A DNA stretch of 64,000 bases from Thermoproteota archaeon (GTDB lineage: Archaea; Korarchaeota; Korarchaeia; Korarchaeales; Korarchaeaceae), in NCBI GenBank assembly GCA_027491415.1, contig JAOZFH010000007.1, forward strand, positions 1 to 64,000, read 5' to 3'. A program made the translations under genes and the position numbers. Under the pieces are notes generated by a model. The model was given only the letters and a program-made list of their open reading frames with translations. It had not been told where the DNA came from and did not search any database. Each line of letters opens with the position of its first letter. Position 1 is the first letter of the stretch. Positions 37,660-48,312 of the stretch are shown here, piece after piece.

Positions 37660-38700
37660 ATGGGAGGTATGAGAACTTACATAATCAGGCGGCTCCTCCT
37701 AATAATACCCACGCTGCTCGGCGTTTCAATACTCGTGTTCTCCGTATCAATGGTGTTCTCCCCCGAGGAGAGGGCCGCGCTGTACGTCGGCGAGGGAGGG
37801 TTCAAGGCGGCCGCAAGGATTCAGGCGATAATCAAGAAGTACGGCCTGGACCAGCCAGTCTACGTTCAGTACTATAACTGGCTGAAGAACGTTCTTCAAG
37901 GCAACCTCGGGTGGTCGAAGTCGCTGAACATCCCAGTCGCCAGGGCCTTCACCGAACTCTGGCCCGCGTCGGTAGAGATAGCGATCTACGCGGCCCCCCT
38001 CATAGTAATAACCGGAATCATGCTCGGGAGGATATCGGCCGTCCACAGGGACAGGTGGCCCGACCACATCTCGAGGATATTCGCTATAGTTGGTTGGTCC
38101 CTCCCCACCTTCTGGTCCGCGATCGTACTTCTCGCCATATTCTACGGGGCGCTGGGATGGTTCCCGCCGGGGAGATTGAGCCCCGAGGCGCAGAGCATTG
38201 TCCACTCTGCAGAGTGGGTGAGCTACACGGGGCTCTACACAATAGACGCCTTACTCAACAGGAACCTGTTCGTGTTCGCTGACGCGCTCAGGCACCTCTT
38301 CCTCCCCGTCCTCAACCTCGTCATCGTCGGAAACGCCGGCATAATGAGGGTGATGAGGTCCAGCCTGCTCGAGGAGCTCCACAAGGAGTACGTGATGGCC
38401 GCCAGAACCAGGGGGGTGCCCGAGAAGGCGGTGATAAACAAGCACGCTATGAGAAACGCCATGATACCGGTCGTCACGATGGCCGGGGTGCTGGTGGCCG
38501 GCTTCCTGACGGGGCTTGTCATCACGGAGACGGTCTTCGAGTTCAAGGGCCTCGGGTACTGGGCCGCCCACGCCGCCACGCAGCTGGACTTCCCGGCCGT
38601 GCTGGCGTTCGCCCTGTTCTCCGGGATAGTGTTCGTTGTCTCTAACCTCTTGGTGGACATACTCTACGCTTATCTGGATCCGAGGATAAGGCTGGGGTGA
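37660..38700 (+). CDS. dppB: Peptide ABC permease (DppB/OppB)
   Basis: YIIRRLL, GLDQP, EYVMAARTRG, HAMRNA, ETVF, YAYLDPRI. Confidence 0.9.
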   Translation: MGGMRTYIIRRLLLIIPTLLGVSILVFSVSMVFSPEERAALYVGEGGFKAAARIQAIIKKYGLDQPVYVQYYNWLKNVLQGNLGWSKSLNIPVARAFTELWPASVEIAIYAAPLIVITGIMLGRISAVHRDRWPDHISRIFAIVGWSLPTFWSAIVLLAIFYGALGWFPPGRLSPEAQSIVHSAEWVSYTGLYTIDALLNRNLFVFADALRHLFLPVLNLVIVGNAGIMRVMRSSLLEELHKEYVMAARTRGVPEKAVINKHAMRNAMIPVVTMAGVLVAGFLTGLVITETVFEFKGLGYWAAHAATQLDFPAVLAFALFSGIVFVVSNLLVDILYAYLDPRIRLG

Positions 38701-38707
38701 TGTTGAG

Positions 38708-39649
38708 GTGGCAGGGAGTAAGGAGAAGGAGCTCGGCAGGGTGCCTTTGCGAGAGAGGGCGTGGTTCAAGGAGCTGGTTTTCACCCTCAAGAGAATAAGG
38801 GAGAGTCCGCTCTCTCTGGCGGGCCTGACGATCGTCGCTTTCTTCGCGATCATAGCCATATTCGCGCCGCTGATAGCCCCGCCCCAACCCGGCAGGGATC
38901 CATACGTCATGCCCAGGCATGGTTACTTGGCGACTCCAAAGCCTCCGAGCGACGAGTTCCCATTCGGGACCACCGAGGGCCAGTACGACATGTTCTACGG
39001 CTGCATTTGGGGGACTAGGACGGCCTTCAGGGTTGGCCTCCTGGTCGTTGGCGGGGCCCTGGCCATAGGGGTGACCCTCGGGGCCCTGTCCGGGTACTTC
39101 GGCGGAATCCTGGATGAGATAATCATGAGGATCACCGACATTATGTACGCATTCCCGGGGCTGATCCTGGCCATGGCGTTCGTGACGGCCTTTGGGGTCG
39201 GCCTGGACAACGTGATCAAGGCGCTCATCCTGGTGGGCTGGCCCACCTACGCTCGACTCACCAGGGCCGGAGTGCTTCAGGTCAGGCAGGAGGACTACGT
39301 CGAGGCGGCTAGGGCGATAGGCGCGTCAAACGCTAGGATACTGCTGAAGCACGTCCTGCCGAACAGCATCTACCCAGTCGTAATAGTCTCAACCCTCGAC
39401 ATCGGATCCATGGTGCTCACGGCGGCCGCGCTGAGCTTCCTCGGCCTGGGCGCGCCCATAGGCTACGCGGACTGGGGCCAGCTCATATCCATGTCCCGAA
39501 ACTGGATACTGGGAGAGGCTGGCAACCCGTTCGCCTACTGGCACACCTACACGATCCCCGGCATCTTCATCTTCACGTTCGTCCTAGGCTGGAACCTGCT
39601 CGGCGACGCGTTCCGAGACATACTGGATCCGACCCTCAGGAGGAGGTGA
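38708..39649 (+). CDS. dppC: Peptide ABC permease (DppC/OppC)
   Basis: PFGT, DYVEAARAIGAS, HVLPN, LSFLGLG, NLLGDAFRDILDP. Confidence 0.9.
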   Translation: MAGSKEKELGRVPLRERAWFKELVFTLKRIRESPLSLAGLTIVAFFAIIAIFAPLIAPPQPGRDPYVMPRHGYLATPKPPSDEFPFGTTEGQYDMFYGCIWGTRTAFRVGLLVVGGALAIGVTLGALSGYFGGILDEIIMRITDIMYAFPGLILAMAFVTAFGVGLDNVIKALILVGWPTYARLTRAGVLQVRQEDYVEAARAIGASNARILLKHVLPNSIYPVVIVSTLDIGSMVLTAAALSFLGLGAPIGYADWGQLISMSRNWILGEAGNPFAYWHTYTIPGIFIFTFVLGWNLLGDAFRDILDPTLRRR

Positions 39650-39651
39650 GA

Positions 39652-40902
39652 ATGCCCAACCCCGATTCCGATCCCGGCGCGCTTGAGGCGGTTGAGGAGA
39701 GGCCCGAGGTCAAAGCCTCGGCCCAGGAGAGGAACGTGCTGATGGAGGTCAGGGACCTGAAGGTCCGATTCTACACCTACGAGGGGGTCGTGAAGGCCAT
39801 TGACGGCGTCGACTTGGACATCCTGGACGGGGAGACCCTGGGGATCGTCGGCGAGACCGGCAGCGGGAAGTCCGTCACTACCTACGCTATGATGAACCTC
39901 ATCCCGCCCCCCGGGAAGATCGTCGCCGGCAGAGTCGTCTACTACATGGATGGGAAACCCCTGGTCCTCACGGAGATGGATGAGGAGGACCTCAGGAAGC
40001 TGAGGGGGGCCGAGATCTCGAGGATCTTTCAAGAGCCGAAGGCCGCCCTGAACCCAGTCTTCAAGGTCGGTGACCAGGTGGCCGAGGCCATCCTGATACA
40101 CAGGATGGACGAGATGATCGGGAGGGCGATAGCGACCCTCGAGGAGGAGTCCAAGGCAGGCGGCCTGAGGGGGGCGCTGGCCAGGGCCAAGCTCGCAGTC
40201 ATGAGGATGGCCAAGGAAAACCCCAGCGGCCTCGCCCTGAAGCTCCTCCTAAGGGTCCCAATCCTCAGGAGACTCTACTGGTCTCCGGTGAGCGCAGAGG
40301 CCAGGAGGGATGTTGTTAGACTCCTCGGCCTCATGGGGATCCCGGATCCGGACCGGGTTTACGACATGTACCCGCACGAGCTGAGCGGGGGGATGCAGCA
40401 GAGGATAGTGATAGCGACAGCCCTCTCCTGCAACCCCAGGATGCTCATAGCCGACGAGCCAACCACCAATTTGGATGTCACGGTTGAGGCCCAGATAATT
40501 GAGCTCATGAAGGAGCTGAAGAAGCAGTTCGGCTCCACGCTCGTATACATAACCCACGACATGGGGGTCATAGCGGAGGTCTCCGACAGGGTCGCTGTTA
40601 TGTACGCCGGCAACATATGCGAGGTCGCCGACGTCTTCACGCTGTTCAAGGAGCCCCTCCACCCCTACACAAAGGGACTGCTTGAGGCCATTCCGATGCC
40701 CGGCAGGGAGCTGAAGGCCATCCCGGGCACCGTCCCCAACCTGATCAACCCGCCGACGGGATGCAGATTCCATCCCAGGTGCGCCCACGCGATGCCGAAG
40801 TGTAAGGAGCACAAGCCGAGGCTCATCGAGGTGAGGCCGGGTCACAAGGTTGCCTGCTTCCTCTACCACGATCAAGTGGCCGACGAGGGGGGCGAGGAGT
40901 GA
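39652..40902 (+). CDS. dppD: Peptide ABC ATPase (DppD) with a helical insertion
   Basis: GETGSGKS, YPHELSGG, ADEPTT, HPYT, GCRFHPRC. Confidence 0.9.
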   Translation: MPNPDSDPGALEAVEERPEVKASAQERNVLMEVRDLKVRFYTYEGVVKAIDGVDLDILDGETLGIVGETGSGKSVTTYAMMNLIPPPGKIVAGRVVYYMDGKPLVLTEMDEEDLRKLRGAEISRIFQEPKAALNPVFKVGDQVAEAILIHRMDEMIGRAIATLEEESKAGGLRGALARAKLAVMRMAKENPSGLALKLLLRVPILRRLYWSPVSAEARRDVVRLLGLMGIPDPDRVYDMYPHELSGGMQQRIVIATALSCNPRMLIADEPTTNLDVTVEAQIIELMKELKKQFGSTLVYITHDMGVIAEVSDRVAVMYAGNICEVADVFTLFKEPLHPYTKGLLEAIPMPGRELKAIPGTVPNLINPPTGCRFHPRCAHAMPKCKEHKPRLIEVRPGHKVACFLYHDQVADEGGEE

Positions 40903-41999
40903 TGATCGCGAGGGAATACGCGGAGAGCTGGCTGGAGAAGACTCAGGGTGCCCTGCTCCGAACGATGGGACTCAAGAAGCACTTCCCAGTCTTAGGGGGA
41001 GTGCTCAAGCGTCCCGTGGCCTGGGTCAGGGCCGTCGACGGCGTGGACATCTGGATTCAGAGGGGGGAGACGCTCGGGCTGGTGGGCGAGTCGGGCTGCG
41101 GAAAGACCACCCTGGGGAGGACCATAATCAGGCTGCTCGATCCGACCGAGGGTCACATATTCTACGACCTGCCCGAGGAGACGATAAAGCGTATAATCGA
41201 AGCAGAGGAGCGCGGCGACAAGCAGGAGCTGAAGAGGCTGAGGGAACAGTTCGACCTGGCCGCAATGAAGGGCAAGAAGCTGAAGGAATATAGGAGAAGA
41301 ATGCAGATTGTGTTCCAGAACCCGCTCACGGCCCTCAACCCTAGGATGATGGTGAAGGACATCGTCGCAGAGCCACTCGTCGTCCAGAGAATCGCGAAGG
41401 GCGAGGCGGCGATGGAGCGCGTGCTCGAGGCGCTCCAGGCGGTGGGCCTGGGCAGGGAGCACCTCAGGAGGTACCCCCACGAGTTCAGCGGGGGGCAGAG
41501 GCAGAGGATCGCCATCGCCAGGGCGCTGGTCCTAAGGCCGGAGTTCCTCGTCCTCGACGAGCCCACCTCAGCGGTTGACGTATCGGTCAGGGCCAGGCTG
41601 CTGAAGCTCCTCGGGGAACTCCAGGAGAAGTACGGCCTTACCTACCTGTTCATAAGCCACGACCTCTCTCAGGTGCAGGTGATCAGCGACAGAGTCGCCG
41701 TGATGTACCTCGGCAAGATCGTCGAGCTTGCGGACACGCAGACCATCTTCGAGAAGCCCCTGCACCCATACACCCAGGCCCTCTTCTCCGCGAAGCCTGT
41801 GCCCGACCCCGTGCTCGCAAGGAAGAAGAAGAGGATCGTGCTGAAGGGCGACGTTCCCAGCCCAGTGAATCCGCCGTCAGGCTGCAGGTTCCACCCACGC
41901 TGCCTCAAGAGGTTCGAGCCCTGCGACAAGGAGGAGCCGCACCTCATTGAGGTCGAGCCGGGCCACTGGGTGGCCTGCCACCTCTACCCGCCTGGGTAG
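40902..41999 (+). CDS. dppF: Peptide ABC ATPase (DppF)
   Basis: GESGCGKTT, YPHEFSGGQRQR, LDEPTS, HPYT, GCRFHPRC. Confidence 0.9.
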   Translation: MIAREYAESWLEKTQGALLRTMGLKKHFPVLGGVLKRPVAWVRAVDGVDIWIQRGETLGLVGESGCGKTTLGRTIIRLLDPTEGHIFYDLPEETIKRIIEAEERGDKQELKRLREQFDLAAMKGKKLKEYRRRMQIVFQNPLTALNPRMMVKDIVAEPLVVQRIAKGEAAMERVLEALQAVGLGREHLRRYPHEFSGGQRQRIAIARALVLRPEFLVLDEPTSAVDVSVRARLLKLLGELQEKYGLTYLFISHDLSQVQVISDRVAVMYLGKIVELADTQTIFEKPLHPYTQALFSAKPVPDPVLARKKKRIVLKGDVPSPVNPPSGCRFHPRCLKRFEPCDKEEPHLIEVEPGHWVACHLYPPG

Positions 42000-42058
42000 G
42001 GGCGGCCCAAATTCTTTATTGACGCGAGAACAACCAGGGGCGTTGAGAGGAGGTTCAG

Positions 42059-42628
42059 ATGCCTCGGAAGAAGAGAGCCAAGTCTAGACGCTTGATGGCC
42101 CTGGCGTTCATAGGGATCATGGCTTTCGGCTCCCTGGCCTACGGGCTCACGCTGTTGACGAGGGAGAACTACCCAGTCCCCCCCAAGGACGTAACAATCG
42201 AGCAGATAAGGTACACGTTCGACTGCCCCGGTAGGGCCATAATCAACAGCGCCATGATGCTCTCGACGACCCCCGAGGGCTTCCTGCTTGAGGGCGGGGA
42301 GGGCGTGCAGTTCTTGGCCGAGTACAGGTACCCGAGGGTCATGGTCATGATAGCGTTCATGAAGTTCGACAACAGCACGTCGGCCAGGCGGATAGGGGAG
42401 AAGATCGCGGACTACGCCGCCAACTTCACTGCGAACTACACGAGCTGGGAGTGCGACGTCGGGGGTGACGAGGGCCATGCGAGGTTCGAGTACCCCGGCC
42501 TAACTTGGGAGATGTGGTACTCCGGTGACTGGGTCATTGAGCTGATAGTTGGGGAGTCCGGCGGGATAGGAAGGCGGATAGCAGACGACGTAAAGGCCTG
42601 CATAGCCCAGCTACCTGCTAGGGCCTGA
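42059..42628 (+). CDS. Hypothetical secreted or membrane-anchored protein
   Basis: Basic N-terminus plus TM helix; NxS/T sequons; SD GGAGG. Confidence 0.7.
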   Translation: MPRKKRAKSRRLMALAFIGIMAFGSLAYGLTLLTRENYPVPPKDVTIEQIRYTFDCPGRAIINSAMMLSTTPEGFLLEGGEGVQFLAEYRYPRVMVMIAFMKFDNSTSARRIGEKIADYAANFTANYTSWECDVGGDEGHARFEYPGLTWEMWYSGDWVIELIVGESGGIGRRIADDVKACIAQLPARA

Positions 42629-42932
42629 GCGCGGTTCCTTTAGTACAGAACCCCGCGACTGGAGTGTTAAGACTGGTACCACAGCGCCCCTCAGGTCCGC
42701 CCGGATCCGCGGGGGTCGTTGACTTTGAGTGGGCGGCAGACACAGGGGCTCTGGCCTACTGGGTTCTCGGCGCCCCCTCGCCACAGGGACCTGAAAGATT
42801 AGGTCTGTCAAACCGCTTGAATCTTGGGATTTCGGAGTTGGCCTCATGAAATAGCCTTTTTATTTGTGATCTTCAGCAGTCTTCAACAGCCCAGCCCTAA
42901 GGGCGGGGTGATATCCCCGGCCTAGAGGGGGT

Positions 42933-45650
42933 ATGCAGATGTGGGGTAGAAAGAGAATAGGTGTAGCCGCACTGGCCTTCGTCCTCACTGTGCTCCTGCT
43001 TCCGCTCGGGACCATCTCTGCTCAGCCGAGGAAGGGACCGGCAGTCGACGAGGTCATAGTAGAGACCAGGGCCACTGGAGAGGTGGCGGTTGGCGACGTA
43101 GCCACGGGCAGACTCGACTTCTACGCTAAGTCTCTGGCCCCAACGGTCTACGAGGGCCTCCCGGAGTACCTCAAGGAGAACCTGAGGCTCATACCCAACG
43201 CGGGAGGTACCTGGGAGATAACTCTGAACCCGTACTATGAGGAGGGCACCCCCTACCTCGTCAACGTCGAGGGCAAGACGTACTTCAACCCCTTCGCCAT
43301 CAGGAAGGTCAGGTTCGCGATGAACTACCTGATCAACAGGAAGTACTTGGTGGACGAGGTCCTCAAGGGAGGCGGCGAGGTTGCCTACTCGCCGATATCG
43401 CCCTCTCACCCAGCCTACAAGTACTTCGAGGACATCTTCAAGAACTTTGGATTCACTCCGGAGGGCAACGAAGAACTTGGACTTCAGATGATCGACGAGG
43501 CGCTCACCCAGGCCGCTGAGCAGCTCGGCGGTAGGCTCAGGAAGGTACCAGATCCAAGGGCCCCAGCTGGCTATTGGTGGACCTTCGACGGCGAGCCTGT
43601 CACCGTGAAGTTCTTCATAAGGATAGAGGACGAGAGGCACGAGGAGGGCCTCTACGTCGCCAGCCAGATAGAGAAGGCTGGCATCAAGGTTGAGAGGATA
43701 GAGGCCAACTTCCTCAAGTGCATCTACACGGTCTACTTCAGCAACCCTGCGGACTACGAGTGGAACCTCTACACCGCCGGGTGGGGCGCTACCGCCGCTT
43801 CTCCGTTCGTTGAAGGCGACCTGGCTTGGTACTACTCGCCTGAGTTTGGGTGGATGCCAGCCTACCAGATGGCCGGTTGGTGGGAGTGGCAGAACGAGAC
43901 GATCGACAAGTTGACGGAGGACTTGGTGTTCATGAACGTCGCTAGTGCCGACGAGTACTGGGAGAAGGCTAGGAAGGTAATGGAGATGGGAGTGAGCGAG
44001 AGTATCAGGGTCTTCACGGCGACAACCATAGACTACTTCCCGGTCAACAAGGAGAGGGTGACTAGGATAGGCTACGATGCGGTGACTGGTCTGTGGTCCT
44101 TCTGGCCCTGGAGAACCGTAGAGACCGTTGACGGGAAGCTTAGGGTGGCGGTCGAGGCCCAGCAGGCGCAGATGTACACGAGCGCCTGGAACCCGCTCGG
44201 GGGTCTCGACGATGTCTACTCCCACCTGATTGCTAGGGCCACCTACGACCAGGGCGCTGCCAGACATCCCACAAACGCTGAGTACATGCCGGTGAGGGCG
44301 TCTTGGGAACTTCAGATCGACTACACCGTCGATGAGGAGGGCAACAAGGTCGGCAACATCGATGTGCCCTCCGACGCCGTCGTGTACGACTCCGTGAAGA
44401 ACGAGTGGGTCACCGTGGGCTCCGGCCAGAAGGCCGTAGTCAAGGCCGTCATCAAGTACAAGCTCGGTAACTGGCATCACGGCATCCCGATGACACTCGA
44501 CGACATCAAGTACGCCATTGCCTTCGCCTACGAGTGGTCTCACGAGGACGAGGAGGGCGACCCCTACTACCACCCAGAGTACGCCTCTGGCATGGCTCCT
44601 CAGCTTGAATACTACAAGGGCTTCCAGTTCGTGGAGCCCGACACCATCATCGTCTACGGCGACTACCTGCACATTGTGTCTGAGAACGAGACCGCCAGCT
44701 TCTACGTCTGGTGGCCCGTGCTCCCATGGGAGGTCTACGAGGCTGCCTCTTACATCATAGCCAATGGCGGCCCAGTCAGCGGAAACGAGTACAGCTGGTA
44801 CAAGGAGGAGGGCAAGGAGTACCTCGACTTAATCTCCCCGGCCCACCTCGTCGACCTGAGGGCGGCCGTAGAGGAGCTGAGGCTCGAGGGCCACATACCC
44901 GACGCGCTGAAGGGAGGCATCACCCCGACTCAGGCTGTCGAGAGGTACAACGCACTGCTCAGGTTCATGGACCAGTATGGCACTGCATGGGTCTCCAACG
45001 GTCCCTTCATGCTCGTGAAGTACGATCCTCAGAAGATGTACATGAGGCTCGTCGCCTTCAGGGACCCGACCTACCCGTTCACAGAGGACTACTGGGTGAA
45101 CAAGTTCTTCGTAGTCAGGGAGCGCGTTGAGGCTATCAACGCCCCAACGAGCATAACCGCCGGTGACTCAATTGACGTGACCGCGAGCGTGATAGAGTCT
45201 CAGGAGTATCCTGAGGTCAAGGAGTACCCAGCTGAGGAGGCGTACGTTGCTGTCAGGCTCAAGGACTCCGCTGGCAACATAGTCTACGAGACCGAGATGT
45301 CCATGGTGTCACCCGGCCAGTTCAAGGCAACAATACCGGGAAGCGCCACCGAGGGCAAGGAGGGGGCATTCACCATTGAGGTGCTTGCTGGCAAGACCTC
45401 CACTCTCGTGACCGGGACTTCCAGCGTTGACATAATCATAACAGCCCCCGCCCCGCCGCCGACCACCGAGGCTCCGACCACCACCGCCCCGCCCGCCACG
45501 ACCACCGCCCCGCCCGCCACGACCACCGCCCCGCCGCCGACCACTGCTCCGCCAGCAGGGCCAAACTGGACCCTCATCGGCGGCGTCATAGTGCTGATAG
45601 TGATCGTAGCCGCCGCCTTCCTGCTGACCAGGAAGAAGTCCACTGAGTGA
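42933..45650 (+). CDS. Large archaeal family-5 ABC substrate-binding protein with C-terminal beta domain, Pro/Thr linker and TM anchor
   Basis: Signal peptide; FNPFAIRKVRFAMN, WHHG, SNGPF; C-terminal TM plus RKK. Confidence 0.9.
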   Translation: MQMWGRKRIGVAALAFVLTVLLLPLGTISAQPRKGPAVDEVIVETRATGEVAVGDVATGRLDFYAKSLAPTVYEGLPEYLKENLRLIPNAGGTWEITLNPYYEEGTPYLVNVEGKTYFNPFAIRKVRFAMNYLINRKYLVDEVLKGGGEVAYSPISPSHPAYKYFEDIFKNFGFTPEGNEELGLQMIDEALTQAAEQLGGRLRKVPDPRAPAGYWWTFDGEPVTVKFFIRIEDERHEEGLYVASQIEKAGIKVERIEANFLKCIYTVYFSNPADYEWNLYTAGWGATAASPFVEGDLAWYYSPEFGWMPAYQMAGWWEWQNETIDKLTEDLVFMNVASADEYWEKARKVMEMGVSESIRVFTATTIDYFPVNKERVTRIGYDAVTGLWSFWPWRTVETVDGKLRVAVEAQQAQMYTSAWNPLGGLDDVYSHLIARATYDQGAARHPTNAEYMPVRASWELQIDYTVDEEGNKVGNIDVPSDAVVYDSVKNEWVTVGSGQKAVVKAVIKYKLGNWHHGIPMTLDDIKYAIAFAYEWSHEDEEGDPYYHPEYASGMAPQLEYYKGFQFVEPDTIIVYGDYLHIVSENETASFYVWWPVLPWEVYEAASYIIANGGPVSGNEYSWYKEEGKEYLDLISPAHLVDLRAAVEELRLEGHIPDALKGGITPTQAVERYNALLRFMDQYGTAWVSNGPFMLVKYDPQKMYMRLVAFRDPTYPFTEDYWVNKFFVVRERVEAINAPTSITAGDSIDVTASVIESQEYPEVKEYPAEEAYVAVRLKDSAGNIVYETEMSMVSPGQFKATIPGSATEGKEGAFTIEVLAGKTSTLVTGTSSVDIIITAPAPPPTTEAPTTTAPPATTTAPPATTTAPPPTTAPPAGPNWTLIGGVIVLIVIVAAAFLLTRKKSTE
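45447..45555 (+). repeat. Pro/Thr linker containing three 21-bp repeats (TTTAPPA)
   Basis: acc/acg-accaccgccccgcccgcc units at 45477-45539. Confidence 0.85.
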
Positions 45651-45685
45651 GGTGGACTTCCCCCCTCCTCTTTTCTTTAAATTTT
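45651..45685 (+). terminator. Pyrimidine-rich terminator after the substrate-binding gene
   Basis: cttcccccctcctcttttcttt. Confidence 0.5.
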
Positions 45686-45788
45686 GGGGGACAATAACAA
45701 AAATACCTGTCCTTCCCAAACAATGTTTTTGATCTGCTTGGCTAACCATTTTATATGCTGGTAGAACGCCGCACATCGGTGCTGGCTA

Positions 45789-46856
45789 TTGGGGTACGGC
45801 CGGTACATCGTAGTTAGAGTGCTAAACGCTTTACTAGTGCTGGTTATAGCGGTCTTCCTAGTCTCCCTCATCTTCTCCAGCGTTGCAGACAGGGAACTCC
45901 GTGCGCAGATAGAGGAGCAAATTGCCGCCCAGATGAAGAACCCCGAGTTGCTGAAGATCTTCTCCGTGAACAAGACTGCGAGGGACATATGGTATCAGAC
46001 GCAGAAGGAGATCCTCTACAAGAGGTACGGCCTCGACAGGCCCCTGCTCCAACGGGTCATGTCACGGGCCATTGATCAGCTCAAGCTAGACATGGGGAAG
46101 TCTCACACCCTCAGGTCCGCCACTGGATCCAGCGACGTGTCTAGGATAATACTGGAGGCCCTGCCGAGGACGATCCTCCTCTTCACCACTGCGACCATAA
46201 TAGTCACGATAATCGGCCTGATCCTCGGCCTCAAGGCGGCCCAGAGAGCCGGCAGCATGCTCGACAAGTCCCTGTCCATATTCGCCCTGATCACCTACAG
46301 CTTCCCGATGTGGTGGGTCGGGATGCTCGCCATCATCTTGTTCTCCTACTACCTCGATCTGCTTCCCTCCGGCGGCATGACCTCCATACCCCCGCCGGAG
46401 GGCACGCTGGAGAGGATCGCAGACATAATCTACCACATGATCCTACCAGTGTCGACCGCCGTCTTGGTGAGCTTCGGAGGGTGGGCGTATACCGCGAGGA
46501 GCGTAGTTCTCAGCCAGTTCCAGGAGGACTACGTAATGGCCGCTCGGGCCAAGGGCGTGCCAGAGAGGAAGGTCCTCTACAAGCACGTGCTGAGGGCCGC
46601 GGCCCCGCCGATCGTAACGATGATGGTCTTCGGCCTCCTGGGCTCGCTGGGCGGCGCGATGATATCCGAGATAGTGTTCAACTGGCCCGGCATGGGGAGG
46701 CTGTACTGGATCGCGCTGCAGGAGCACGACGTCCCGGTGCTCCTCGGAAACACCACATTCAGCATAATCCTTTACCTCGCGTCGCTTGTCATAATGGACC
46801 TGATCTATGGCCTGCTCGATCCGAGGGTGAAAGTCGGGGCCCAGGTGGCGGTCTGA
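45789..46856 (+). CDS. oppB: Oligopeptide ABC permease (OppB)
   Basis: YGLDRP, LPRT, DYVMAARAKG, EIVFNWPGMG, LLDPRV. Confidence 0.9.
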   Translation: MGYGRYIVVRVLNALLVLVIAVFLVSLIFSSVADRELRAQIEEQIAAQMKNPELLKIFSVNKTARDIWYQTQKEILYKRYGLDRPLLQRVMSRAIDQLKLDMGKSHTLRSATGSSDVSRIILEALPRTILLFTTATIIVTIIGLILGLKAAQRAGSMLDKSLSIFALITYSFPMWWVGMLAIILFSYYLDLLPSGGMTSIPPPEGTLERIADIIYHMILPVSTAVLVSFGGWAYTARSVVLSQFQEDYVMAARAKGVPERKVLYKHVLRAAAPPIVTMMVFGLLGSLGGAMISEIVFNWPGMGRLYWIALQEHDVPVLLGNTTFSIILYLASLVIMDLIYGLLDPRVKVGAQVAV

Positions 46857-46865
46857 GATAAGGAG

Positions 46866-48302
46866 GTGTCTGGCGTGCGCTGGGAGGATTTCAAGGCCAG
46901 CCTATCGGACTTCTGGTTTGAGTTCAGGAGGGAGAAGAGCGGGATAGTGGGGATGGTCATCCTGATATTCTTCATAGTTCTGGCGGTCTTCGCGCCGTAC
47001 ATAGCTCCCGCCGACGCAAGCGCCCATTGGCGAGACGTTCCCTACTGGCAGAACCTCCCCAGGGCCGTGCCACCAGCCTGGACAAACGTGTTCTCCACCA
47101 AGAAGAAGCCACCCCACCTGATCCTGCAGCCTGCCTCCACCGATGTCCGCCAGATGGGGCAGATAACGGAGAACACATTCGTGTTCGAGTACGACTTCAC
47201 CTACGACGACTATCCGACGGACCTAATGCTCCTGATATCCGCCAACATAACAGACCCTGCGAAGCCGCCCACACTCGTCCTCACAGCGACTAGGCCCGAT
47301 GGGACCACGGTAGACCTGGTGTCCACCAAGCTCGCCGGGAGCGGGGTAGGAGAACAGAGGCTCTTGATCTCATCGCTGAAGGACTTCAAAGCCCGACTAG
47401 TGGGCTTTGCGAGGGAGTACGAGAACCCGGAGGTCGCCTCCACGCTGGAGTACCAGCTCATAGATCCCATGAGGATACTCTTCTCAGAGGCCAAGGAGGG
47501 CATTATGACTGCCAAGGGCGCAGCCCCCCTCAAGGGCAAGTACGTCTTCACCGCGAAGGTGTACACATTCAATCCGGCCGACGAGATTTCTGAGCCTAAG
47601 CTCGTCATGGCAGGCAAGGTCTACGGACTCTTGGGCACCGACACCCTGCGGAGGGATCTCTTCTCCGGCCTGGTCTGGGGAACGAGGGTCTCGCTTGCGG
47701 TGGGGATCGTGAGCTCCGTCCTGACCACGCTAATTGGAGTGATCTACGGGGTGGCGAGCGCCTACTTCGGGGGCTGGACCGACGAGGCGATGCAGAGGGT
47801 GGCGGAGATCGTCGCCTCGATCCCCGTTCTGCCCCTCCTGATCATCATCTTCGAGTTCTACAAGCCCACGATCTGGCCTGTGATCATTCTGATGACCCTC
47901 TTCTCCTGGCCTGGCACGAACAAGGTCGTGAGGAGCATGGGGTTCCAGCTCAAGGAGATGCAGTACGTCGAGGCGGCTAGGGCCCTGGGCGCCGGCGGCA
48001 GGTGGATAATACTGAGGCACATGATGCCCCAGATCTTGCCGTACGTCTTCGCCTCCATAGCTCTGGGCGTTCCCGGCTACGTGCTTCTAGAGGCGGGGTT
48101 GTCGTTCCTGGGATTGGGCGACGTCAGCAGGGTGACCTGGGGGCAGATACTCCACGACGCGCAGGGATCCGCCGCCGCCCTCAACGGGATGTGGTGGTGG
48201 GTCGTGCCCCCTGGGCTCGCCATAGCGATGCTAGGCCTCTCCTTCGCGCTCCTCGGCTCGGCGCTGAACAAGATCCTGAGTCCGAAGATGAGGACCCTGT
48301 GA
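46866..48302 (+). CDS. oppC: Oligopeptide ABC permease (OppC) with a large extracytoplasmic loop
   Basis: LLGTD, YVEAARALGA, EAGLSFLGLG, WWWVVPPG. Confidence 0.9.
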   Translation: MSGVRWEDFKASLSDFWFEFRREKSGIVGMVILIFFIVLAVFAPYIAPADASAHWRDVPYWQNLPRAVPPAWTNVFSTKKKPPHLILQPASTDVRQMGQITENTFVFEYDFTYDDYPTDLMLLISANITDPAKPPTLVLTATRPDGTTVDLVSTKLAGSGVGEQRLLISSLKDFKARLVGFAREYENPEVASTLEYQLIDPMRILFSEAKEGIMTAKGAAPLKGKYVFTAKVYTFNPADEISEPKLVMAGKVYGLLGTDTLRRDLFSGLVWGTRVSLAVGIVSSVLTTLIGVIYGVASAYFGGWTDEAMQRVAEIVASIPVLPLLIIIFEFYKPTIWPVIILMTLFSWPGTNKVVRSMGFQLKEMQYVEAARALGAGGRWIILRHMMPQILPYVFASIALGVPGYVLLEAGLSFLGLGDVSRVTWGQILHDAQGSAAALNGMWWWVVPPGLAIAMLGLSFALLGSALNKILSPKMRTL

Positions 48303-48312
48303 GGTGTTTGCG

